Part shown: one piece after another, positions 41,001 through 53,000 of the stretch
Numbering within the stretch: position 1 is the first letter of the stretch
Layout: each line of letters starts with the position of its first letter
Assembly (NCBI RefSeq): GCF_004010195.1
Contig: NC_057719.1
Coordinates: 49,189,336-49,253,335, forward strand
Length of the DNA: 64,000 nt
From: Chiloscyllium plagiosum
Taxonomy: Eukaryota
Direction: 5' to 3'
Program-made: the position numbers and the translations under genes
Notes under the pieces: model-generated
Databases searched by the model: none
What the model was told of the DNA's origin: nothing
Seen by the model: the letters and a program-made list of their open reading frames with translations, nothing else

Positions 41001-44000
41001 TTTTGGAAGCTATAGAAATAGGTACCCCAGACCTGTACTTGAGACTTGTTCTCCTATTTCTTATCTATGTATTGCTCTGAGGCAAAATTATTTGGAAGGG
41101 CATTGGGTGAGTCAAAGGCACGGATGCGAGATGAACTAGGGTGGGAGGAGTCTAGTCAGATGATGTTGTAAGTCGGTGTCTTATAGGTGGTGCAGATATA
41201 GGGTTGGAAGCTCATCTCATGTTGCGTGTAACATAAAGATTCAGGTTCAGGCAGGTACTAGGGTAAGACATGAAGTCATTGGTGAGGGAATAGAGCTCAT
41301 TTTGGGCCTAAAGACAATGACTTTTTGTATATATTTCTGTTCAGACAATACTGAATGTTTGACAAGCAACTTGAGAACAGTGAAGTGGGGGTTGAGGTGC
41401 TGATGAGACAGTGTCACCATATGTGTAAAAGCTGACGCTGTGCTTTCATATGATACTGTTGAAGGGCAACGTGTCATTGAGAAGTAGGAGACTGCCAAAA
41501 ATAGGTCCTTGGTGAACAATACCATAACCAGTACAAGAGTAAGCGGGAGGGGAAAATCTTTGCAGGTGATTCAGCATTGAATTCCGGTTTGAAATGCTCT
41601 GCCTTGAAATGCCTTTGAGATTGATCTCAGTTGAATCATTCAAATCACCTCTGGATGATTGAATGTAAAGATAATTATTTAAGTAAAACATTCATGGGAT
41701 GAATTGCCCTGAGGGCAGTTAAGAGTCAACCACATTGTGTTTGTGGGTATGTAGAGAGAAAGTGAGGACTGCAGATGCTGGAGATCAGAGCTGAAAATGT
41801 GTTGCTGGAAAAGTGCAGCAGGACCTGCTGTGCTTTTCCAGCAACACATTTTCAGCTTTGTGGGTATGTAGTAATGTGTAGGCCGGATTAGGTGGGGAAG
41901 GACATTGGTGAACCAGATGGGTTTTCCTGATTGATTTTTTTAATTCCAGATTTTTGATGAATGCAAATTCCTCGAACTGCCTTTGGTGGGATTTGAATCG
42001 GGTTCCCAGATGTTATCTGGGTCTCTAGATTAATGGTTTTGCAATAATAGCACTTGGCCATAACCTCTCCTAATGTGCAAGGTTAGGGGGAAAAGGCAGG
42101 GGTTTAGCATTTGTCAGAATGCTTAGAGCTGATGCTGACACAATGGGCTGAATGGCCGCCTTCTGCACTGTAACAACACTTTTTGATTCTTTGCCGATGG
42201 GTGGAGAGATAAGGATAGAAAATGAACTGCAATCCTATGCAGCAATTAGGTAACCCTCATTGTTGCATCATCCTTATCATTATAGAGTCATAGAGATGTA
42301 CAGCATGGAAACAGACCCTTCGGTCCAACCTGTCCATGCCGACCAGATATCCCAACCTAATCTAGTCCCACCTGCCAGCACACAGCCCATATCCTTCCAA
42401 ACCCTTCCTATTCATATACCCATCCAAATGCCTCTTAAATGTTGCAATAGTACCAGTCTCCACCATATCCTCTGGCAGCTCATTCCATACATGTACCACC
42501 CTCAGCATGAAAAAGTTGCCCCTTAGGTCTCTTTTATATCTTTCCCCTCTCACCCTAAACCTATGCCCTCAAGTTCTGGACTCCACGACCCCAGGGAAAA
42601 GACTTTGCCTATTTATCCTATCCATGCCCCTCATAATTTTGTAAACCTCTATAAGGTCACCCCTCAGCCTCCGACGCTCCAGGGAAAACAGCCCCAGCTG
42701 TTCAGCCTCACCCAGTAGCTCAAATCCTCCAGCCCTGGCAACATCCTTTTAAATCTTTTCTGAACCCTTTCAAGTTAACTGATGATTCAAAAATATTTTT
42801 CTCACAAAAAGCTTCTTGGCAAAACCCAAAAAGAAGTTGGAGATAAAACAAATGCTAAGGGAATATTCAGTTCACAAAACTTCGCCTACCAATAGAATCA
42901 AATCACTGGGACATATTTACGGGTTGTTCTGCTATAACTCATGCTTTGCTATAACATGATTGACAAATTGGGGGTGCTGTTTCTAAAGCATGAACTTTTT
43001 AAATGTGTGTTGGCTGTAACATGATTACATCACCAACACTTTAAGCACTGTTTCTAAAGTGCAATTTTTCAATAATGCACACTTGCACGTGAACGCAATC
43101 ATCATGTTATAGAAGAACTGGTTCTATTTGTTTACTATTGTGCTTACCAAAACTAATGTACGATGCTCTGGAATCAACCACGTTAGGACCAGAGATTTTT
43201 TTTCTATAGAAAAGTAAGTATCTTAATTTTTGAAGTAAAGAGGATTGATGAGGGCAGAATAGTGGACGTGATCTATATGGACTACAGCAAGGCATTCGAC
43301 AGGGTTCCCCATGGGAGACTGGTTAGCAAGGTTAGATCTCATGGAATACAGGGAGAACTAGCCATTTGGATACAGAACTGCCTCAAAGGTAGAAGACGTG
43401 GTGGTGGATTGTTTTTCAGACTGGAGGCCTGTGACCAGTGGAGTGCCACAAGGATCGGTGTTACGTTCACTACTCCTCATCATTTATATAAATGATTTGG
43501 ATGTGAGCATAAGAGGTATAGTTAGTAAGTTTGCAGATGACACCAAAATTGAAGGTGTATTGGATAGTGAAGAAAGTTATCTCAGACTACAACAGGATGT
43601 TGATCAGATGGATCAATGGGCTGAGAAGTGGCAGATGGAATTTAATTCAGATAAATGCGAGATGCTGCATTTTGGGAAAGCAAATCTTAGCAGGACTTAT
43701 CCACCTAATGGTAAGCGTTGGGAGCATTGCTGAACAAAGAGACCTTGGAGTGCAGGTTCATAGCTCCTTGAACGTGGAGTCGCAGGTAGATGGGATAGTG
43801 AAGAAGGCATTTGGTATGCTTTCCTTTATTGGTCAGAGTATTGAGTACAGGAGTTGGGAGGTCATGTTATGGCTGTACAAGACATTGGTTAGGCCACTGT
43901 TAGAATATTGCATGCAATTCTGGTCTCCTTCCTATCGGAAAGATGTAGAGGTTTACAAAATCATGAGCGTGGACAGGATAAATAGACAAAGTCTCTTCCC

Positions 44001-47000
44001 TTGGGTAAGGAAGTCCAGAACTAGAGGGCATAGAGTTAAAGATGAGAGGAGAAAGATATAAAAGAGACGTAAGGGACAACTTTTTCATGCAGAGTTTGGT
44101 ATATGTATGTAATGAGCTGCCAGAGGAAGTAGTGGAGGCTAGTATGATTGTAACATTTAAAAGGCATTTGGATGGCTGAAGAAGGGCCTGTGCCCGAAAC
44201 GTCGAATCTCCTGTTCCCTGGATGCTGCCTGACCTGCTGTGCTGTTCCAGCAATAAAGTTTCAACTTGGAGGGATATGGGCCAGGTGCTGGCAGGTTGGA
44301 CTAGATTAGTTTAGGTTATCTGGTTGGCATGGACGACTTGGACCAAACGATCCGTTCCCGTGCTCTACATCTCTATGACTCTAACACATTGTAAATGAAA
44401 ATACATCCAACATTTATTTTCTAAACTCCAAAATCTCCATTCATTTGGATAAATGTCTGTTTGTTTTTGATATCATCTTCACTCTTCTTAATCATATGAC
44501 ATAAATGTTCTTTCTTTAGTTTTAAAAAGCCCAAATTACTACTGGTCAGCCACTTTTAGCTGTTCCAAGTATCTCGCTCTATTCCAACAGTTTTGAGAAT
44601 AACAAATTCCATTTTGATTTATTCCAGTCACGTACCTAAATACAGTGAAAATGTTTGTTTTGCAAGCAGTGCAGGCAGCTCATAGCAAACAGGGACATTC
44701 AGATCATGGGGTGCTTAGAGCGAGGCACAGGAGGTGCGCAAAGCAAGATCAGTATTTGAAGTTAGATCCATTCAGCAGTCTGATAACAGCAAGGAAGAAG
44801 CTGTTCTTGAACCAGTTGGCATGTGTGTTCAAGCTTCTGTATTTTCTGCCTGATGGAAGAGATTGGGAGAGAGCATTGCCAGGGTGGGAGGGATCTTTGA
44901 CAATTTTGGCCACCTTTCCATGGCAATGAGAAGTGTAAATGAAGTCCATGGATGGGAGGTTGGCTTCCTTAATGGTCTGGGCTGTGCGCAGAACATTTTG
45001 TAGTTCCTTACAATTCTGTACAGAATAGTTGCCGTCCCAGACCGTTATGCACCCGGATAGAATGCTTTCTGTGGTGCACTTGTAAAAGTTGATGAGGATC
45101 CTTATGGACATGCTGAATTTCCTAAGCTGCCTGAAGAAGAAGCGGCATTGTTATGCTTTATTGACCATTGCATCTATGTGGAAGGACCAAGTCAGATTTG
45201 CTGGTTATCGTCACTCCTTGGAACTTGACATTCTTGACTGTCTCCACCTCTGCTCCGTTGATGTAGACAGGGGCATGTCCACTGCCTTCCTTCCTGAAAT
45301 CAATGATCAGTTCTTTTGTTTGCTGACATTGAGAAAGAGCTTGTTATCATTGCACCACAGCACCAAGCACTCTGTCTCCTTCCTATATTCTGACTCATCA
45401 TTGTTTGATATCCGTCCTACTGTGATGGTGTCATCAGCAAACTTTTATAGATGGTATTTGTTCGGAATTTGGCTGCACAGTTGCAGGTGTGCAGGGATTA
45501 CAGTAGAGGGCTGAGAACACCTCCTTGCAGGACACCAGTGTTGAGGGTGCAGGGCACCACTGTTAAGGTTACAATTTCGCAAAAGCCTTTTGCAGGGGAG
45601 GTGGGGTGGTTAACACAGGAGCGTGGGAAGTGGGAGTATGCAATTCAGCTCTTCAGGCCCACTCTGCAATTTAATGTGATTATGGCTGATCTTGTCCTGA
45701 TCTCAACTGCAATTTCCTGCCTGCTCCCCAACTCTCTTTATCCCAGTTTTCATCAGAAATGTATCTGTTTCTTTCTTGAATCTATTGATTGATTCTGTCT
45801 CCACCGTACTCCTACAGTGAATTCCACAGATTCACCACCCTCTGAGAAGTAGTTTCTCCACATCTCAGTTTTGCACCTACCTCCTCTCACATTATATCTA
45901 TGTCCTCTTGTTCAAGACCGTCCCATAAGGTGGATGTTGACCAGATGATTCCCCCTTATCAATTGCCTTCAGCATTTGTAGACCTCAATCAGATTCCACC
46001 CCCCACCCGCCTCCATTCCCCATTCTTCTGATTTCCAGAGAGTACGAGTCTAAGTTATTCAACCATTCCTTGTACAACAGCCCTTTTATCCCTGGAATCA
46101 ACCTTGTGAACCTCCTCTGAACTGCCTCCAGTGCCACCACATCCTTCCTCAAGAAGACCAAAACTGAGCATGATATTCTAAAAGTGGTCTCACTAATGTC
46201 TTCTATAATTGTAACAACACTTCTTTACTCTATGGTCCACTTTTCTTGCAATAAATGCCAGGATTCCATTTGCCTTTCTTATTATAAGCTGCACCTGCAT
46301 ACCTACTTTCTGCAATTCATGCACAAAGATGTCCAGATCCCTCTGCACCGACGCACTTTGAGCCTGCTTGTCATTTAAATAATAATTTGCTCTTTTATTT
46401 TTGTGGCTAGAATGGACAATCTCATACTTACCTACATTAAACTCCATCTGCTAGATTCTGGCCCATCTCCTAGCCTAACACTATCCATCTAAACCCTTTT
46501 ATCCTCATCGCTACCTGCTTTCCCACCTATTTTATTATCATCTGTGAACTTTGCATTTACATGCTGTTCCTGCTTGCAGATAATTTATACGGATTGTCAA
46601 TAGTTAAGGTCTAAAAACTGAACCTTGCGGCAACCCACTAGTTACAGTTCACCTTCCAGAGAAGAACCCCATTTATCCTCACCCTCTGCTTTGTCAGTCA
46701 GCTGATCATCTACCCTACGCCCTCTCCTGGATCAGTGTTTTATGTGACACCTTGTCAAATGCCTTCTGGAAGTCTAGATATACAACATCCCCAGGATCAT
46801 CCTCATCTTCCTTGCTGGTTACAGGCTCAAAGTACGCTAGCAAGTTTGTCAAGCATGACTTGCTGGTGTGGTAAGCCATATCAGTGGGCTTTACCATTTC
46901 ACTTGAATTATCTCTCCTGAAATATTTAAGCATGAGTAGAAACTTTCATCTCTGAAGCCATGTTAACATGTGTGTATTGGTTCTTATCATTGTAATGATT

Positions 47001-50000
47001 TAAAATTAGCCTCATGAGTCTGTAGTTGCCTGTATTTTTTGAATTTGGTTACTATGCCAGTTTATTTCTGTTAACCAGAAGATTAATAAAGTAATTAATT
47101 ATTGATTAATTATTGATGATTGATCCTATGTCAGGATTTAAAAACTGAGAACAAGTTATCTTTCTTTCCTTCAGCAATCCCATCAACAGATTCCAAAACC
47201 GGAGCTCTTTACTTCTTAGATGTTGTACAACAGGCAAATACGATTTTTCATTTGTTTGACAAACAGTTTAACGACCACCTCATGCCACTCTTAAGGTGAG
47301 AGATTTTTGTTAATTGGCACAAATACTTCAGTTTATCTCTGATTATGCTAATAATCATTTGGACTACATTCGCATTGCATGAAAACCTTTGGTTGGATCT
47401 TAATTGAATTGATATGGAGTAAATTGTCAAATGACATCCTGAATGCTCCATTGTGAAAAATCATTCGGCTTCAAAATCTGAAATGTATTTTATCATTAAA
47501 GTTGCAAGAACAAAAAGCTTTTCAGTAGCTTATTTTTTAAAAAAAACTTGTGTATTATCTATTTAATTATCTATCTTTATTATTTTTCCTCATTCAAACT
47601 AAGTTGATGTTTGGTTAATAATTGTACCTACAGCTCTTCTCCTAAACTGACTGAGTGTCTACAGAAAAAGAAAGAAGTCATTGAACAGATGGAAGTTAAA
47701 CTGGATACAGGAATTGACAGGTAAATATAAATTCATTGCAAGATGCCGTATCAGGGATGTCATTAAATCCCACAGTTTTTCTTCTGTCTATACGGCATCT
47801 CATTATTGGTTGGTTAATCATCCATCAGGCATCTGTTAGATACAGCTTTTCAATAAACAGTATCATCATTGAGCTGCTTAATCCCTAAGTAAACACTTTT
47901 CTCCTGCAAAAAAAAATCTTTGTCTACTGTAGAAAACCTTTTATCCAATTGAATGGGAGATTCTAAAGTTTTGGAAAATACATGTTGAGTATATTTTCAT
48001 TAGGATGTTAACAAGGATTTTTGTATGTGTGATGCAGTGATGTAACTTCATTTCGTAATTTAAGATTGTAGATGTCATTTAGCCCAATGTGCCTGTGCTG
48101 GCTTTTGGAAGCAGTGGTCCCAGTTAGTCTTACTCGGTGCTTTCTGTCCAATGACCTACAATTTTAGATTAGATTACTTAGTGTAGAAACAGGCCCTTCA
48201 GCCCAACAAGTCCACACCGACCCGCCGAAGCATAACCCACCCAGACCCATTTCATTTACCCCTTCACCTAACACTACGGGCAATTTAGCATGGCCAATTC
48301 ACCTAACCTGCACATTTTTGGATTGTGGGAGGAAACCGGAGTACCCGGAGGAAACCCACGCGGACACGGGGAGAATGTGCAAACTCCACACAGAGTCGCC
48401 TGAGGCGGGAATTGAACCTGTTCTTTGTCAGCTGTTTACTCAGTTCACCTTTTAGGAATTAATGTTGAATCTGCTTTCACCTCCTCCTTGGGCAGAGTAA
48501 TCCAGATTATAACAGTGGCCTATATATCATCTTTTCAAAAGACGGCACCTTATTTTCTGCAAGTTATTTCCCCAATGGTTTTTAATTATTATCCTTTGGT
48601 TACTGACGTACCTGCTAATGTAAATAATTTTTCTTCATTGACTCTATTGTTCAAGAAAGGATCAAGACAAAATATGGAAAATTGTAGGCTAATTAGCCTA
48701 ACCTCGATTGTTGGTAAAATTCTAGAATCCATCATTAAATTCTTGGAAGAACAGGGTCGGATTAGAACAAGTCAACATGGATTTAGTAAGGGGAGATCGT
48801 GCCTGACAAACCTGTTGGAATTCTTTGAAGAGGTGACAAGTAGGTTAGACTGGGGAAACCCAGTGGATGTGGTCTATCTAGACTTCCAAAAGGCCTTTGA
48901 TAAGGTGCCACACGGGAGGCTGCTGAGCAAGGTGAGGGCCCATGGTGTTCGAGGTGAGCTACTGGTATGGATTGAGGATTGGCTGTCTGACAGAAGGCAG
49001 AGAGTTGGGAATAAAAGGTTCTTTTTCGGAATGGCAGCCGGTGACAAGCGGTGTCCCGCAGGGTTCAGTATTGGCCCGCAGCTGTTCACATTATATATTA
49101 ATGATCTGGATGAAGGGACTGGAGGCATTCTAATGAAGTTTGCCGATGATACGAAGTTAGGTGGACAGGCAGGTAGTACTGAAGAAGTGGGGATAAAGGT
49201 AAACATGCAGGTTGAGTCCGTGATTAAGAAAGCAAATGCAATGTTGTCATTTATCTCAAGAGGGTTGGAATATAAAAGCAGTGATGTGCTACTGAGACTT
49301 TATAAAGCTCTGGTTAGGCCCCATTTGGAGTACTGTGTCCAGTTTTGGTCCCCACACCTCAGGAAGGACATACTGGCACTAGAGCGTGTCCAGCGGAGAT
49401 TCACGCGGATGATCCCTCGAATGGTAGATCTAACATACGAGGAACGGCTGAGGATCCTGGGATTGTATTCATTGGAGTTTAGAAGATTAAGGGGAGACTT
49501 AATAGAGACATACAAAATAATACATGGTTTGGAAAGGGTGGATGCTAGGAAATTGTTTCCGTTAGGCGAGGAGATTAGGACCCCGTGGACACAGACTTAG
49601 AATTAGAGGGGTTAAATTCAGAACAGAAATGCGGCGACATTTTTTCAGCCAGAGAGTGGTGGGCCTGTGGAATTCATTGCTGCGGAGTGCAGTGGAGGCC
49701 AGGACGCTAAGTGTCTTTAAGGTAGAGATTTATAAATTCTTGATGTCACAAGGAATTAAGGGCTACGGGGAGAATGCGGGTAAGTGGAGTTGAAATGCCC
49801 ATCAGCCATGATTGAATGGCGGAGTGGACTCGATGGGCCAAATGGCCTTACTTCCACTCCTATGTCCTATGGTCCTATCAAAATCCTTGACTGAAGTTGG
49901 ACATTTTTATTAAATCTTAACTTTCTTTAGGCTATAAACAAACCCAACTTCTCTGTCTTTCCATTATAGTTGATGTTCCCCTACATGGTCGATAGGAAAA

Positions 50001-53000
50001 TATCTCTTGTTCATCCAACCTAACTCTCCATTCAGTTTTTAGAGATTTGCAGTATATGCACTGTTTCACCCCACCGGAAACCATGAGATCTGGGCGATTT
50101 GAAAACTAGATTTAAAAATCCAGCTCAATTTGGAAGCAAACCTGTATGAGCATTTTGGCAATTGGAACCAGTCCAGATCACTCTAGCACCGATAACTTTA
50201 TGCGGTGTTATACAAGGTGATCTTTGCTCCGGTCTGAAACTGGTCCACTTCTTAAAGGAATTCAGCAAGTCAATATCTGCCAGCTCTAATGATTTCCCCT
50301 GATTATGTATATAACGTATATATGTATATAATATTGCAGTTTGCTATTTAAACTCAACTTGCCTGTGAGCAGTCCAATCCCTTGATATCCATATTTGAGC
50401 ATAATCTATAGTCCTGGGATTCATTATCTTTGTCAGCAAGATTGCAGATGAAACCTTTCCTTGTCATGTACAACTAGATCATGAATGAAAGTAGTCAGGA
50501 GCAGTGGTCTTGACATAGATTCACTTTAATCTCTGGTGTAATTCTGATTGGATTATATAATTTATTATTGTACCATGCAATAGTCAACCTTTCAAAAACT
50601 GTAGATATTCATATTTCAAAGGTTACCCTGAAGCAATTTACACTATACCACTGTAATGTCTATATGTTGTTTCTTTGCATTTTTTAAAGAAAATTGCCTA
50701 GTTCTGTACCAACATAAAATGAAATAACTGGCATATGCCACATTAAAAAATTTTGTTTTGTGAAGGACTTTGAATTGTATGATTGGACATATGAAGCATA
50801 TCCTGAGCGTTGAACAAAAAAAGACAGACTTCAAGCCAGAAGATGAAAACAACGTACTAATTCAATATACTAATGTATGTATCCAAAACTTTTTCGCAAA
50901 TATGTAAAATATAATCACGCCATACTAACAGAGTTTTATTCTACATAAAATGTTGTTACATTTAATTCTCCCAAATGTGCCAAATGATTGCTTTGCTTTG
51001 AAAATTTTAACTGATTACAAATCAATAATTCTTATCTTCATGCATAGCTTTCAGTCTGAATCTATATTATTATCTTTAGCCTCTTTTTTTAACATCACTT
51101 TCTAAATTTCTGATAAATTATCATTTGATAATGCATTGTTACATCATTAGGACATTGCAAAGGACTTCTCATTCAATAAATCTTTTTGAAGTGCGGGTCA
51201 CTGCTCTGCAAAACAATGGCAATCTATTTGTATGTAGAACGGTTCCATAAATGAATCTGCTTTTAAGTGATTGAGGCAGAATGCTGGCTTGGAAAAAATA
51301 ACTACACATTTAAGTGAACCACACGATCCCTTTAACAGTTAGCTCAACATACTTCATTTTAATATCCCATCTAGAAGGTGGCATCTCTATCAATATAATT
51401 CTCCCATGAATTGGGTTAGGTCTATATTATGTGCTTAATTCCTGGAATACAGTTTGGAACGTAATCATCCAACTAAGACAAATGTGTATCCAAACAAGTT
51501 ATGCAGTGTTCATATCACCCCAAATTGCATAGAACTGCATTTAAGGAGCTGATTTTAGTTTTACACACTTTATAAGATCCAGAAAGATAATTGATCATTT
51601 ATATCAAGACATGAGGAGTGAGACATCCCTAAGTTTGCAGAATAACTGCTGCTCATGCCTTTAGGCTGTGGACTTGCAAGGAAAAACTCGGTAATTCTGC
51701 TATATAACTTTCAAAAGCCTGCTACCAATTAGAGTATAGATGGTCAGAAGTGTTCAGTGTGGCAAACAGTCATTGACTCAGAAGAAGTACCAGATGATTT
51801 TCAATTCTGCGATTGCAGTCACAATGCAACCAAAAAGTGGCTTGTGAAAATCAAAAAGTAGTCTTTGAGAAGATCTCAAGAGGAGCTGTCACAAAAGAAA
51901 GATATTTGAGCCCAGTACTACATAACATACTTTTTACGGTTGAGACCCCTGAGATGGCCGCACGTTATACAGAAAACAAAACGATTGAAAATGTAGCAAG
52001 CTGGGATAATTGATTGACTTGTCAAGGTTTGGTCCATGTACAATAATAATATCATAGGTACATCAAAGATTTGTATATTCGGCAGTGATCCCAGCAGTGA
52101 TGGTGTTTTGCTTGGGTTGCAATCATTTTGTATCTTCCATAGGAGCAGCTGTTTTAGAAATACATCAAATGACCAATCTCAGCAGGAGTTTGATTGTAAA
52201 GAAGCTTCCCAAGTCTTTATTAATTTGGGACGAATGTTTTGTATATTAATGTTGATGTACCTATCCCATGAAGATATAACATTTAAAACTAAATTATGGA
52301 TAACATTTTTGTTTAAAATATAAATCTCATTTTGGCTCATGAGTAATTTTATACAGGTTATATATTGGGTGTGTAGAGGTTGAAGAAAATTTACAAGTTG
52401 AAAGTTCATCTGTTTGTATTATAAACTTTGCAACTGTCAGGTGACACAATGTTTATTTGCCTTGCAGTTTTGAAGCAATTGCATTTAGCCTATAATGCAA
52501 TATCGCATTTTCACTGCTTAGTATAATACAACAGCGCACAGTAATGATGTTGCATTTCATTTTTGGCTAGGCTTGTGTCAAAGTCTGTGGCTATGTCAGA
52601 AAGCAAGTAGAAAAAAATCGAAATTCGATGGATGGAAAGAATGTGGATACTGTTCTAACAGAATTTGGAGTTCGCTTCCATCGTCTAATTCATGAGCACC
52701 TTCAGCAGTATACTTACAGTTCAATGGGTGGTATGCTGGCTATCTGTGATGTAGCTGAATATCGCAAGTGTGCCAAAGAATTTAAGGTGTTGTATATGCT
52801 CTGAATATTAACATTATCGCAACACTGCTTTGTATTGTTGTTGTTTTACACTGTCTTTCTGCTGATTATATAATATTTTCTTGCCTTTCTGGTAGCAAAT
52901 TGAAATAATTGTGACTTAAAAGTATTAAATGGGTCCATTATCTTTCTGATTTGCTTTTGATGTATCATCTCTCCCTCAACAAAATATTAATTTAATAGAA

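Noticed and set aside
48425..49600. 391-aa ORF, the longest gap-free ORF in the window
   Set aside because: It is a CR1 RT remnant that passes through a frameshifted stretch and internal deletions; not a host gene or an intact RT.
50875..50885. Donor gtatgtatcc as a possible U12-type intron
   Set aside because: It does not match the GTATCCTT U12 consensus at the splice site; an ordinary U2 GT donor.
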